Below, in pieces: positions 1-9,607 of a stretch of DNA of 64,000 nucleotides. This DNA comes from a bacterium. Its GTDB lineage: Bacteria; UBA8248; JACPRG01; G963555815. The notes beneath the pieces are model-generated. The model saw nothing but the letters and a program-made list of their open reading frames with translations. It made no database searches and was not told where the DNA came from. Both the position numbers and the translations under genes were made by a program. The first letter of the stretch is position 1. Every line of letters starts with the position of its first letter. The DNA lies in the NCBI GenBank assembly GCA_963555815.3, contig CAUVWX020000002.1, forward strand, positions 128,001 through 192,000, given 5' to 3'.

Positions 1-2
1 AG

Positions 3-1019
3 ACCGAGGAGGAGTTAGACCTGGAAGTCCTTTCCCACTACGACGATATCGGCGTTATCGCCGGGGCCTCCACACCGAGCTGGATGATCCGGCGGGTCAT
101 CGACGCCATTGAGGGTGCAAAAGGTGCGGCCTCGGCCCTGGGGACGGGCTGGCAGAAGGTGGCTGAATTCTTCCTGAAGTCGAATATCTATGCAGCCGCC
201 GCCGCCGCCTGCCTGGCCCTCGCCGTCAATTTGCTTCAGGGTTACCCTCTCCCCCGCTGGTTCTTCCTTATTCCAGCCCTCTATATTTTCGGGCTGCACA
301 CCTTCAACTCCTGGAGCAGTTTGGAGGCAAACCGTTATAACGACCCCGTTCGCGCTAGGTTCTACGAACGGTACTGGATCACCATGACGGCCCTGGCCTC
401 AGCGGCCCTCATCGGGGGACTCGCCTTGATCGCCCTGATCTCTCTTCCGGCCTTTGCCTTGCTCCTGGTTGCCAGCGGCCTCGGGACCTATTACACCCTT
501 CGCATCGAGCCAAGGAGGTTCAAGCGGCTGGACCTTTGGAGGCTGCCTGCCTCCCGCTGCCTTGTGACGCCTCTTGCCTGGATCTTAGTTGCGGTCCTTT
601 TACCCCTCTGGGTCGCCCCAGCGGGATTTCTCCAGACCATCTCCCTGGGGACCCTGGTGGCGGCTCTCTTTGTGTTGCCCCTTATCTTCAGCGTGACGGC
701 CATGGTGGATCTCCGGGACATCCAGGGGGATCGGATTGTCGGCAAGGACACCCTCCCGATTCTCATCAGCACCTGGATGACCCGAAAGACGATCATGGTC
801 GTTTGCGCCGCCACGGCGGTGGGTCTCTTCCTGGCCTCTCTGCTGGGGTGGACGACCTCCCTCGGGTATCTCTTCATCGCCTCCCCAGCCTACACCGTGT
901 GGGTCCTTTACTTCTCCTACAAGCGGAAGGTGATGAGCCTTCTCCTGAACCAGACCCTCATCGAGGGGGCCATTATGTTCCCAGGCCTCATCGCTCTCGG
1001 GTGGTATCTCGCCGGGTGA
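3..1019 (+). CDS. ispH: IspH (LytB) C-terminus fused to a UbiA-family prenyltransferase domain; 5'-truncated by the window edge
   Basis: The frame is open from base 3 and reads TEEELDLEVLSHYDDIGVIAGASTPSWMIRRV (IspH C-terminal AGASTP motif). It is followed by a multi-TM domain with the UbiA motif DLRDIQGD. Confidence 0.85.
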   Translation, partial: TEEELDLEVLSHYDDIGVIAGASTPSWMIRRVIDAIEGAKGAASALGTGWQKVAEFFLKSNIYAAAAAACLALAVNLLQGYPLPRWFFLIPALYIFGLHTFNSWSSLEANRYNDPVRARFYERYWITMTALASAALIGGLALIALISLPAFALLLVASGLGTYYTLRIEPRRFKRLDLWRLPASRCLVTPLAWILVAVLLPLWVAPAGFLQTISLGTLVAALFVLPLIFSVTAMVDLRDIQGDRIVGKDTLPILISTWMTRKTIMVVCAATAVGLFLASLLGWTTSLGYLFIASPAYTVWVLYFSYKRKVMSLLLNQTLIEGAIMFPGLIALGWYLAG

Positions 1020-1076
1020 AGGTTCCTCAGACCAGGCCTCTTGGATGATGTCCAAAAGGCATAGGCGGACTCTCTC

Positions 1077-2897
1077 GTGAAACGAGACCTCATGGGGACC
1101 CTGAAAGAGCGGGTTCTTTTAGCAGACGGGGCGGTGGGGACCCTCCTCTTTGGACGTGGGATTGAGATGAGTCAATGTCTGGAGAGCCTGAACCTCACGG
1201 ACCCCGATCTCATCCGTTCCCTCCACCGTTCTTACATCGAGGCGGGGGCCGACATCATCGAGGCCAACAGCTTTGGGTGCAACCGCCTGAGGCTGGAGAA
1301 GCACGGCTTGGATGCCGATGCCCGCCAGATCGCCAAAAGAGCGGCTGAGATCGCCCGGGAGGCGGCGGGGGAGGACATCTTTGTGGCGGGGAGCGTTGGG
1401 CCTCTGGGGGCCCTTCTCAAGCCCTACGGGGACCTGGACAGTGACGAGGCCTACGCCCTCTTCGCCGAGCCCATCGCGGGTCTTCTCGAGGGGGGGGCCG
1501 ATGCCATCCTGGTGGAGACCTTCATCGATTTGGAGGAGGCCAAGGCTGCCGTCCGAGCCGCCCGCGACCTTCACGCCCCCGCCATCATCTGCCAGCTGGC
1601 CTTCACCGAAGAGGGGAGTACACTCCTCGGGGCGACGCCCGCCTCCCTTCTCAGCGCCATGGAGGGTGATACCTTGGTCCTGGGGGCAAACTGCGGGATG
1701 GGCCCCGAGGGAATGCTCCACTTTGTGGAAGACCTGTGCTCCAAAACCCAAGGGGCGATCTCGGCCATGCCCAACGCGGGATTTCCCCAACAGGTGGAAG
1801 GTCGGATTATCTATCTCACGACGCCGGACTATTTTGCCCACTATTGTCTCCAGTACGTAGAGGCGGGGGCAAACATCGTCGGGGGCTGTTGCGGCACTAC
1901 CGCCCCACACATTACAGCCGCCCGAAAGGCCTTGGACAAGAGGGGAAGACGCCCTGTAGTGCGCCGATCCCCCCAGTCGGGGGTGGGCCTTGAGAAGACC
2001 TCCGCACAGCCGGAGAACCCGCTCCTGCAGGCCCTCCAGTCCAAGTTTGTCACCACGGTTGAGATCAGTCCACCTCGCGGTGCCGAAGTCTCAAGGGTGG
2101 TGACGGGGGCCGCCCGCCTGAAGGCGAGAGGGGTCCAGGCCCTCAACGTGACGGATGGGGCCATGGGCCGGGTCCGGATGAGCCCCACCGCCATCGCCCG
2201 CCTCATTCGTGAGAAGGTGGACCTCGAGATCATCCTGCATTTCACCTGCCGAGACCGAAACCTCATCGGGCTCCAGGCGGAGCTCCTAGGGGCCTACGCG
2301 CTGGGCGTGCGAAACATCCTGGCCCTGACAGGAGATCCGCCAAACCTCCCCGAGGTTCCCAAGGTGACCGGGGTCTTTGATGTGAGGGCCTCCGGCCTCG
2401 TCCGGCTCATCAACCAGTTGAACCGCGGTGAGGATACGGCGGGGAAATCCATCGGTGAGGCGACGGGTCTTTCCGTGGGCGTGGCGGCGAACCCCGGGGC
2501 CGGTGACCTCGGGCTCGAGGTGAAGCGGCTTCGAGACAAGGTCGCCGCCGGGGCTGACTTCATTCATACCCAGGCGGTCTTCGACCTAGATTTGTTCGAT
2601 CGGTTCTTGGAGCGGGCGGAGCCCATTGGGGTTCCCATCCTGGCCGGAGTCCTCCCCCTGAAGACCTCCAGGAGCGCCGAATACCTCCACAACGAGGTCC
2701 CGGGAATCCTCGTCCCCGACGCCATCCGCACGCGGCTTTCCAATGCCAAGACCCCTGAGGCTGAGGTGGAAGTGGGGATCGAGATCGCCCGAGGCCTCCT
2801 CGAAAGTCTTCGCAGTCGAACGGCCGGCGCCTGCCTCATGACCCCCACAAATGATTTTGACTTCATCCTCAGGCTCCTCGAGGGTGTTCCCCTCTGA
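1077..2897 (+). CDS. yitJ: Bifunctional homocysteine S-methyltransferase / 5,10-methylenetetrahydrofolate reductase (YitJ-like)
   Basis: N-terminal LADGAVGT, GANC and GGCCGT Zn motifs; C-terminal MTHFR-like VEISPP, HFTCRDRN, LALTGDP and TQAVFD. Confidence 0.92.
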   Translation: MKRDLMGTLKERVLLADGAVGTLLFGRGIEMSQCLESLNLTDPDLIRSLHRSYIEAGADIIEANSFGCNRLRLEKHGLDADARQIAKRAAEIAREAAGEDIFVAGSVGPLGALLKPYGDLDSDEAYALFAEPIAGLLEGGADAILVETFIDLEEAKAAVRAARDLHAPAIICQLAFTEEGSTLLGATPASLLSAMEGDTLVLGANCGMGPEGMLHFVEDLCSKTQGAISAMPNAGFPQQVEGRIIYLTTPDYFAHYCLQYVEAGANIVGGCCGTTAPHITAARKALDKRGRRPVVRRSPQSGVGLEKTSAQPENPLLQALQSKFVTTVEISPPRGAEVSRVVTGAARLKARGVQALNVTDGAMGRVRMSPTAIARLIREKVDLEIILHFTCRDRNLIGLQAELLGAYALGVRNILALTGDPPNLPEVPKVTGVFDVRASGLVRLINQLNRGEDTAGKSIGEATGLSVGVAANPGAGDLGLEVKRLRDKVAAGADFIHTQAVFDLDLFDRFLERAEPIGVPILAGVLPLKTSRSAEYLHNEVPGILVPDAIRTRLSNAKTPEAEVEVGIEIARGLLESLRSRTAGACLMTPTNDFDFILRLLEGVPL

Positions 2898-2921
2898 TCC
2901 TGCACATGACTTCGAGAGGAG

Positions 2922-3821
2922 GTGGCGAAGATGAACAGGAGGTGCAAGGGAAAGGACCTCCGTTCCGGGTGGGCTCGAGGAGGAGTTTTTGTCTTTTTCC
3001 TAATGGGTGTGTTTCTTGTTTCGGTCTCTTTGGCTCAGACCCCTCCCGGTTTCCCGGACTTTGGGAACAAGATAATAGGGCCGGCCCTCGAACAGGTGGA
3101 GGACCCCCGTCAACTTCCCTTTTCGGACTTTTGGGAGAAGGAGGGGGAACTCTGGGCGAAGATTGCGGAGATCATCGAGGCCCTCCGTCTCATTGATGAG
3201 CGGCTACTTCCTCTGGAAAAGAGGAAAGAGGAGGTGGTTTCAGCCTTGCGGGACCTTCGCAGACAAGACATTTCTCGGGTGAAACAGGCGCCCCGCCTTC
3301 GTGCCCTTGAGGAGATCACAAAATCCACCAAGCCCCTTGCTTCCCAGAGGACCCGGCTCACGGTCGAACTCTCCTCCCTCCTTGTCAGATGGAATCTCCT
3401 TCAAACCCAGGCCTCGCATCAGTTTGAGAGGGAAGGGGCCAAGTTCAGGCAGGTTGTCGCCGACGACGTCGTGAACCGATTCGTGAAGGGTTTTCAAAGG
3501 GCGGACGCTACGGCTGTTTCAAAACTCCTTCTCCGAGGGGGTCAGGTCAACGAGCGCTGGGACCAAAGGGGTTATAAACGTCACCTGACGGAACTCTTCA
3601 AGACAAGCCAGGTGCAGGAATTTCGCATTCCCGATTGGACGCTCCGAGAGGTGAACCCTTACACCATACAGGTGGAGGGCCGATATTTTTTAAAGATAGC
3701 GAAGAAGCCCACGGGAGAGGAAAAACCCACCCCCCCTAAGACGAAAGAGGATGATCTCGTTTTTGTAATCCACGAGGTCTCGGGCGAATGGCTCATCTCA
3801 AACCTGACGGGCGCCCCCTAA
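2922..3821 (+). CDS. Hypothetical exported protein (signal/TM segment, coiled coil, possible NTF2-like C-terminus)
   Basis: 299-aa ORF with RBS gaggag; hydrophobic N-terminal segment ending VSLAQ; C-terminus DDLVFVIHEVSGEWLISNL. Confidence 0.6.
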   Translation: MAKMNRRCKGKDLRSGWARGGVFVFFLMGVFLVSVSLAQTPPGFPDFGNKIIGPALEQVEDPRQLPFSDFWEKEGELWAKIAEIIEALRLIDERLLPLEKRKEEVVSALRDLRRQDISRVKQAPRLRALEEITKSTKPLASQRTRLTVELSSLLVRWNLLQTQASHQFEREGAKFRQVVADDVVNRFVKGFQRADATAVSKLLLRGGQVNERWDQRGYKRHLTELFKTSQVQEFRIPDWTLREVNPYTIQVEGRYFLKIAKKPTGEEKPTPPKTKEDDLVFVIHEVSGEWLISNLTGAP

Positions 3822-3856
3822 GGCCGTTCGCCGAAGCCTCCCTATTCTAGGGTGAG

Positions 3857-4918
3857 ATGATGTACGTTAAAGAACTAAAAGCGCCTTCTGACGACGGGAA
3901 ACCCCGTTCAAGCCAGGGTCCTTCCCCCGAGGAACCGGCGTTTTATCGGGTATCGACTGCTCCAGAGGAGACAACGCTTTTCGACGCCTATTCTCGGGCG
4001 GTGGTCCGAGCCGTCGAGCAGGTCTCCCCTGCCGTGGTCCACATCCACCGGGGAGGATCCAGGAAAAAGGCTGAAACTCGGTCAGGGCGGAGTGACCAGG
4101 GCTCGGGCTCCGGCGTCGTGTTCGCCCCCGATGGATTTATCCTGACCAATGACCATGTGGTCCGGGGGGCGCGCTCCCTCTCCGTCAGCCTCAATGACGG
4201 CCAAAGCGTGGAGGCGACGGTCTTGGGAGAAGACCCCCCGACGGACCTGGCCGTCCTCCGGGCGGAGGCCAGGGATTTAACCGCCGCCCCCTTCGGGGAC
4301 TCCTCAACACTGAGGGTGGGACAGCTCGTCGTCGCCATCGGGAATCCTTTAGGCTTTCAGTGCAGTGTGACGGCGGGGGTGGTCAGCGCCCTTGGCCGTT
4401 CCCTTCGTAGCTTCAGCGGGCGTCTCATCGATCATGTGATCCAGACCGACGCCGCCCTGAACCCCGGCAACTCGGGGGGCCCCCTGGTGGACTCCCAGGG
4501 AAGGGTGGTCGGGATCAACACAGCCGCCATCCTCCCCGCCCAAGGGATCTGTTTCGCCATCCCCAGCAATACGGCAAAGCTCGTCGCGGGACAGATCATG
4601 GCGGAGGGAAGGGTGCGCCGAGGCTTTTTGGGGATCCAGGCCCAGTCGGTCACCATCCCGAAAGACATCGTCCGCTCCTACGGCCTCCCGGGAGAGGCTG
4701 GGGTGCGGGTCCTTGGGGTCGAAAAGAAAAGCCCGGCGAAAAAGGCGAGCGTTCAGGAGGGAGATTTTCTCTGGGCGGTAGACGGAAGGCCCATAGACGG
4801 GGTCGATGACCTTCACCGCATATTGACAGAGAAAAGGAAAGGGGAGGAGATCTCGCTCTCTATCGTGCGAAAAGGGAAACGCCTAGTCCTTCAGGCTACC
4901 CTCGTCGAGTCCAAATAA
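3857..4918 (+). CDS. HtrA/DegP-family trypsin-like serine protease with PDZ domain
   Basis: GSGSGVV, LTNDHVV, DLAVL and QTDAALNPGNSGGPL motifs; C-terminal PDZ domain; no obvious signal peptide. Confidence 0.93.
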   Translation: MMYVKELKAPSDDGKPRSSQGPSPEEPAFYRVSTAPEETTLFDAYSRAVVRAVEQVSPAVVHIHRGGSRKKAETRSGRSDQGSGSGVVFAPDGFILTNDHVVRGARSLSVSLNDGQSVEATVLGEDPPTDLAVLRAEARDLTAAPFGDSSTLRVGQLVVAIGNPLGFQCSVTAGVVSALGRSLRSFSGRLIDHVIQTDAALNPGNSGGPLVDSQGRVVGINTAAILPAQGICFAIPSNTAKLVAGQIMAEGRVRRGFLGIQAQSVTIPKDIVRSYGLPGEAGVRVLGVEKKSPAKKASVQEGDFLWAVDGRPIDGVDDLHRILTEKRKGEEISLSIVRKGKRLVLQATLVESK

Positions 4919-4956
4919 AAGATCTGCATCGGCACAGTGTAACGGCAGTCTGAAAT

Positions 4957-5682
4957 TCAGAGATACTCCCAGGCCCCGCTCTTTCCCCGTTTGCGCCGTC
5001 CCAGGTCGGTCATCTCCTGGACCGTGACGCCGTCAAAGACGGGCCCGTCGGTGCAAACCCGGTAGCCATTGCAGGTGCACTGGCCGCAGATGCCAATGGC
5101 GCATTTCATGTAGCGCTCAAGAGAGTAGTAGGACCGCTCGGGCGGAAGGAAAGGTTTCAGGGCGGCCATCATCTTGTCGGGCCCGCAGACGCAGTAATAT
5201 TGGCCCTCCTCGGGAAGGAGGTTTGTGATGAGGCCCTTCTTTCCCAGGGAGCCGTCCTCGGTGGCGACCTTCACAGGCCCGAGGCTTTCGAATTCCTGCC
5301 GAAAGAGAAGATCGTCGGCGGTCCTCCCTCCAAGAAGGATTTTGGGGTTTTTTGCCTGTTTGGCTAGAAGGAGGAGGGCCGCGATCCCGACCCCGCCTCC
5401 CATGAGGACTGCCCCCTCTTTCACCGGAAAGCTCTTCCCGTAAGGTCCTCGCACCCACAGGGAGTCTCCCTCCTTGAGGGCGAGAAGTCGCTCACTGTAC
5501 CAGCCGAGGTTTTTTGCCGTGATGGCGTTCTCATAGGAGAGAGAAAAAGGCTTTTCGCTCTCGCCTGGGAGCCAGGCCATCACGAATTGACCGGGCTTGG
5601 ACGGGAAGGAGTGATCGAGAAAAAGGGTGTAGTTGCCCCCGCCTTCTTCTCTTCGTTCAACGACGCGGCACCAAGTGCGCAT
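4957..5682 (-). CDS. pyrK: Dihydroorotate dehydrogenase electron transfer subunit
   Basis: PGQFVM, RGPYG, GGGVGIA, CGP and ERYMKCAIGICGQC...C.DGPVF [2Fe-2S] motif; directly downstream of pyrD. Confidence 0.9.
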   Translation of the reverse strand: MRTWCRVVERREEGGGNYTLFLDHSFPSKPGQFVMAWLPGESEKPFSLSYENAITAKNLGWYSERLLALKEGDSLWVRGPYGKSFPVKEGAVLMGGGVGIAALLLLAKQAKNPKILLGGRTADDLLFRQEFESLGPVKVATEDGSLGKKGLITNLLPEEGQYYCVCGPDKMMAALKPFLPPERSYYSLERYMKCAIGICGQCTCNGYRVCTDGPVFDGVTVQEMTDLGRRKRGKSGAWEYL

Positions 5683-5695
5683 CTTGCGCCGACCC

Positions 5696-6694
5696 CTAAG
5701 ATTTTTGCTGGGGTGAGGGGCTGGCTGCGGTCGTCCTCATGGCGTGCGCGCTGCCGACGAGAGATTCCAGCGGCTCCCCCTTGAGGTAGTCCTGGACCCC
5801 CTGCCAAAAATTCCGGGTGTCTCGGACGATGTCCTCAACGGTCCGCTCGGCGAAGAAGGTGCCAAGACCGAGAACGCAGGCACCAGCCAGGAGATACTCC
5901 ACGGCGTCCTCCCAGGTCATGATCCCCCCGTAGGCGATGATGGGAACGCCGAGGGCCCCAAAGACGTCATAGACCATCTTGAGGTTGATGGGCTTGATGG
6001 CGGGGCCTGAGAGCCCGCCCGTCAGTCCAGCCAGAACGGGCGACCTTTGGTGGATGTCGATCGCGAGCCCGGGCCCCAAGGTGTTTCCGCAGCCGAGATA
6101 GTCTGCCCCCGCCTCGACACAAGCGCGGCCGACCTCGACGTAGTCTGTGCCGGGAGAGAGCTTGGCGACGACGGGCTTCTCGGTCGCCTCCCGGGCCGCG
6201 CGCACAACCTGGGCCGACGCCGTGGGGTTCTGCCCCACGAGGTCCGCGACGGACTCCTCCTCGCCTGGGGCCAGATTGGGGCAGCTCAGGTTCAGCTCGT
6301 AGCCGTCCGCATACGGCTCGACCATCCGGATGATGCGGGAGACCTCTTTCGGGTCGACACCGTTGACAGAGACAATGAGCTTGGCTCGGGGGAGACGGGT
6401 CTCCTTCAGCTCGGCCACCCACTCCTCCGGGGACTGGGAAGGCAGGGCCAGTGAGTTCAGGAGCGGGGCACCTGGCGTGTCCTCCTGAGTGACGACCGGG
6501 TTCTCATTCCCCAAGCGCTCGGTGGGGCTGATAGATTTTGTGATGTAGCCCCCGATGGTGGCGCCCTTTTGGTCCAGAAGCTCAAAGATGTCTGGAAAAC
6601 TCAGGATGCCGCTTCCGTTGACGATGGGAGGGTCGAGATTTAGAAGCATGGCCCCTTGCCCTGTCTGGACTTCGGTAGAATTCCCTTTGGCCAC
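5696..6694 (-). CDS. pyrD: Dihydroorotate dehydrogenase, family 1B catalytic subunit
   Basis: TKS, ELNLSCPN, AKLSP, NTLG and GGLSGPAIKP motifs; paired with pyrK. Confidence 0.85.
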   Translation of the reverse strand: MAKGNSTEVQTGQGAMLLNLDPPIVNGSGILSFPDIFELLDQKGATIGGYITKSISPTERLGNENPVVTQEDTPGAPLLNSLALPSQSPEEWVAELKETRLPRAKLIVSVNGVDPKEVSRIIRMVEPYADGYELNLSCPNLAPGEEESVADLVGQNPTASAQVVRAAREATEKPVVAKLSPGTDYVEVGRACVEAGADYLGCGNTLGPGLAIDIHQRSPVLAGLTGGLSGPAIKPINLKMVYDVFGALGVPIIAYGGIMTWEDAVEYLLAGACVLGLGTFFAERTVEDIVRDTRNFWQGVQDYLKGEPLESLVGSAHAMRTTAASPSPQQKS

Positions 6695-6847
6695 TTCCTC
6701 TTCAAGGTCACTTATAGCATGGATTCACCGCATCCTGAAAGGGTTGCACTATATCTTGAGCCAAAGTTTTTAGGACTACAAGAGGTAGGATTTTTTGGAA
6801 GTTTTGTTCGCATTTGCTGAGGCGCAGATATAAGATTTCTGGATGAA

Positions 6848-7549
6848 ATGGGCCCTGAGAACGGGGGGGCAAGAATGGCTGTGCCCATGCCTATCTATCT
6901 TAAGCTAGAGGGCCGAAAGTGCCTGGTGGTGGGAGGAGGCGCCGTGGCGCATCGCAAGGTCAAGGGGCTTCTCCAGGCCGGGGCCCATGTGACCGTCGTC
7001 GCCCCTTCCCTCAGGGGGGGGCTCACACGGCTTCTTCGCAGCGTCACCCCTGGCCGCATTCGGTATCTTTCCCGGCCTTTTCGGTCCCGGGACTTGGAGG
7101 GGTCACTTCTGGCGGTGGCGGCCACCGACGACTCGGCCGTGAATCTACGCGTGGCCGAGGCGGCCCGGCGTCGGGGAACGCTTGTGAACGTCGTCGATTC
7201 GCCTCAGGCCTGCGACTTTATGGTTCCCTCAGTTCTTCGTCGCGGCCCCCTTTGCATCAGCGTCTCCACCTCTGGGGCAAGTCCAGCCCTGGCGAAGAGT
7301 CTGAGGAAGGAGCTTGAAGGGCTCTATGGACACGGCCTTGGCCAGGGTCTTTCCTGGCTCGCCCGCCTTCGGGGGAAGCTGTTGACATCGTCTCTGCCCC
7401 CTGCTAAACGGAGAGAGATACTAAAACGCCTGACGGGCCCCCGAATGTTGAGCCTCCTTCGAAAAGACCCGCGCGAGTTCCGCCGGCAAGCCACCCGGCT
7501 TGTATCGAGCCATCTCTCCCCTCTGAGGAAGGAGGGGGCTAAAGGATGA
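6848..7549 (+). CDS. Precorrin-2 dehydrogenase / sirohydrochlorin ferrochelatase (CysG N-terminal/SirC-like)
   Basis: VVGGGAVAHRK, VNVVD.P..CDF and ISTSGASPALA motifs; first gene of the hem operon; start may be 6875. Confidence 0.9.
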   Translation: MGPENGGARMAVPMPIYLKLEGRKCLVVGGGAVAHRKVKGLLQAGAHVTVVAPSLRGGLTRLLRSVTPGRIRYLSRPFRSRDLEGSLLAVAATDDSAVNLRVAEAARRRGTLVNVVDSPQACDFMVPSVLRRGPLCISVSTSGASPALAKSLRKELEGLYGHGLGQGLSWLARLRGKLLTSSLPPAKRREILKRLTGPRMLSLLRKDPREFRRQATRLVSSHLSPLRKEGAKG

Positions 7550-8334
7550 CTGGTTTCTTCCTCGCCCTGGCCCTTGCTGCGTATTTTCTTGCCAGCCTGG
7601 CCTACATCCTCCATTTTTCCTACCGGCGGGGGTACCTCTCTTGGACGGCGACGGGGCTGGTGGGCCTGGGTTTTGCGTCCCATTCCGTTGCACTCGGGCT
7701 TCGGGTTGCCCACCTGACCACCCTTCCCGTCACGGGCTTCTACGATTTCTTCTCGGTCTTTGCCTGGGTGGTCATCCTGGCCTATGGCGTGGCCCAGATC
7801 ACCCTGGGCATCCAGCAGCTGGGGCTCTTTGTGATCCCAATCTCCTTTGGGGCCTTGGGGGCCGGCCTTGTCCTGGGAGGCGACGCCCTGCCCCAGCCAG
7901 AGGTCTTTCAGAGTGTCTGGCTCTCTCTCCATATCGCGATGGCCTTCCTGGGGGGGGCCATCTTTGTCCTCCTCTTCGGCGTGGGCCTCATGTACCTCAT
8001 TCAGGAGCATCAGGTGAAGGGGAAGCATTTTGGAACCTGGTTCTACCGCCTGCCCTCTCTTCAGGTCCTGGATGATGTGAACCGCAAGGCCCTGGTCCTT
8101 GGCTTTCCCATCCTGACGCTTGGCCTGGTCTCGGGGTCCCTCTGGGCGGAGACTGCGAGGGGGTCTCTCTTGAGCTGGGACCCGGCGAGGACGCTCCCCC
8201 TGGTGGTGCTTTGGGGGGCGTACGGGGTCCTCTTCGTAGCTCGCCTCACGGCGGGCTGGCGGGGGAAGCGGGCGGCCTTCTTCTCCGTGTTGGGTTTTTT
8301 CGGTGTCCTCCTGACCTATCTGCTTCACCTTTGA
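7546..8334 (+). CDS. ccsA: Cytochrome c assembly family membrane protein (CcsA/HemX-like)
   Basis: Multi-TM protein with WLSLHI, RLPSL..LD, GSLWA and WDP motifs; usual position between sirC and hemA. Confidence 0.85.
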   Translation: MTGFFLALALAAYFLASLAYILHFSYRRGYLSWTATGLVGLGFASHSVALGLRVAHLTTLPVTGFYDFFSVFAWVVILAYGVAQITLGIQQLGLFVIPISFGALGAGLVLGGDALPQPEVFQSVWLSLHIAMAFLGGAIFVLLFGVGLMYLIQEHQVKGKHFGTWFYRLPSLQVLDDVNRKALVLGFPILTLGLVSGSLWAETARGSLLSWDPARTLPLVVLWGAYGVLFVARLTAGWRGKRAAFFSVLGFFGVLLTYLLHL

Positions 8335-8341
8335 GGGATGG

Positions 8342-9607
8342 ATGGAGATCATCGTTGCTGGCCTCAGCCATAAACGCAGCCCCGTAGAGGTCCGCGAACA
8401 GGTCTATTTTCCAGAGAGTGAGCTCGGGATCCCCCTAAGGCAGCTCAAGGGTCGGTCCGAGATCGAGGAAGCGGTCCTCCTCTCCACCTGCAATCGGGTC
8501 GAGGTCTACGCTCGGGTGCGGGACTCTCAAAAAGGGGTGCAAGCCGTCAAGGAGTTCCTGAGCCACTACCATGAGGTTCCCCTGGAGACACTGGAAGCTT
8601 ACATGTACGCCTTCTCAACCCGGGAGGCGGTTCGCCATCTCTTCCGCGTGGCCTCCAGCCTGGACTCCATGGTGGTGGGGGAATCCCAGATCCTCGGACA
8701 GGTGAAGGGGGCCTACCAGGTGGCCCGCGAGATGGGAGCGACCGGCCTCTATCTGAACAACCTCTTTGAGCGTGCCTTCCAGACGGCCAAACGGGTGAGG
8801 ACAGAGACCCGGATCGGGGAGAACGCCGTTTCTGTGAGCTACGTGGCGGTCGAGCTGGCCCGGAAGATCTTCAACGTTCTGAGAGAGAAGAAAGTCCTCC
8901 TCATCGGGGCGGGTGAGATGGCGGAGCTCGCTGCCCAGCACCTGGTCCAGCTCGGGGTCCACAGCGTCCTCGTCTCCAATCGGTCCTTCCCCCGTGCCCA
9001 GGAGCTGGCCCAGCGGTTCAACGGGCGGGCCGTCCTCTTTGACGATATAGAGGGAGAGCTTGTCAACGCCGACATCGTCATCAGCTCCACCGGCGCGCCC
9101 CATTATGTCCTTCGGCGCGAGCTCTTCCAGCAGGTCATCCGGAAGCGCAAGAACCGGCCCATGTTCCTCATCGACATCGCCATTCCCCGGGACATCGAGC
9201 CCGACGTCAACACCCTCGATCACATCTATCTCTATGACATTGACGATCTCCAGCAGGTGGTCTCGGCCAACATCAAGGAGCGGCAGCGTGAGGCGAAGCG
9301 AGGGGAAGAGCTGGTGGACCAAGAGACCACCGGTTTTCTCCTCTGGATGGAAACCCTGGAGGTGGTCCCCACCATCGTCTCCCTTCGGGAGCGTGCCGAG
9401 GCCTGCCGCCAGCAAGAGATAGCCAGGGCCCGGGCGAAGCTTGGCCCCTTGACCTCCGAAGAGGAGGAGACCCTGGAGGCCCTGACGAGCGCCATCGTGA
9501 ACAAGCTCCTTCACGCCCCTATCGCACAGCTCAAGAGGCATGCGGGCTCTAACGACGCCTACGAATATCTTCGAATCGCCCGAAACCTCTTCGACCTGGA
9601 TGACTGA
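8342..9607 (+). CDS. hemA: Glutamyl-tRNA reductase
   Basis: LSTCNRVE, SLDSMVVGESQILGQVK, IGAGEM and DIAIPRDIE motifs. Confidence 0.97.
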   Translation: MEIIVAGLSHKRSPVEVREQVYFPESELGIPLRQLKGRSEIEEAVLLSTCNRVEVYARVRDSQKGVQAVKEFLSHYHEVPLETLEAYMYAFSTREAVRHLFRVASSLDSMVVGESQILGQVKGAYQVAREMGATGLYLNNLFERAFQTAKRVRTETRIGENAVSVSYVAVELARKIFNVLREKKVLLIGAGEMAELAAQHLVQLGVHSVLVSNRSFPRAQELAQRFNGRAVLFDDIEGELVNADIVISSTGAPHYVLRRELFQQVIRKRKNRPMFLIDIAIPRDIEPDVNTLDHIYLYDIDDLQQVVSANIKERQREAKRGEELVDQETTGFLLWMETLEVVPTIVSLRERAEACRQQEIARARAKLGPLTSEEEETLEALTSAIVNKLLHAPIAQLKRHAGSNDAYEYLRIARNLFDLDD

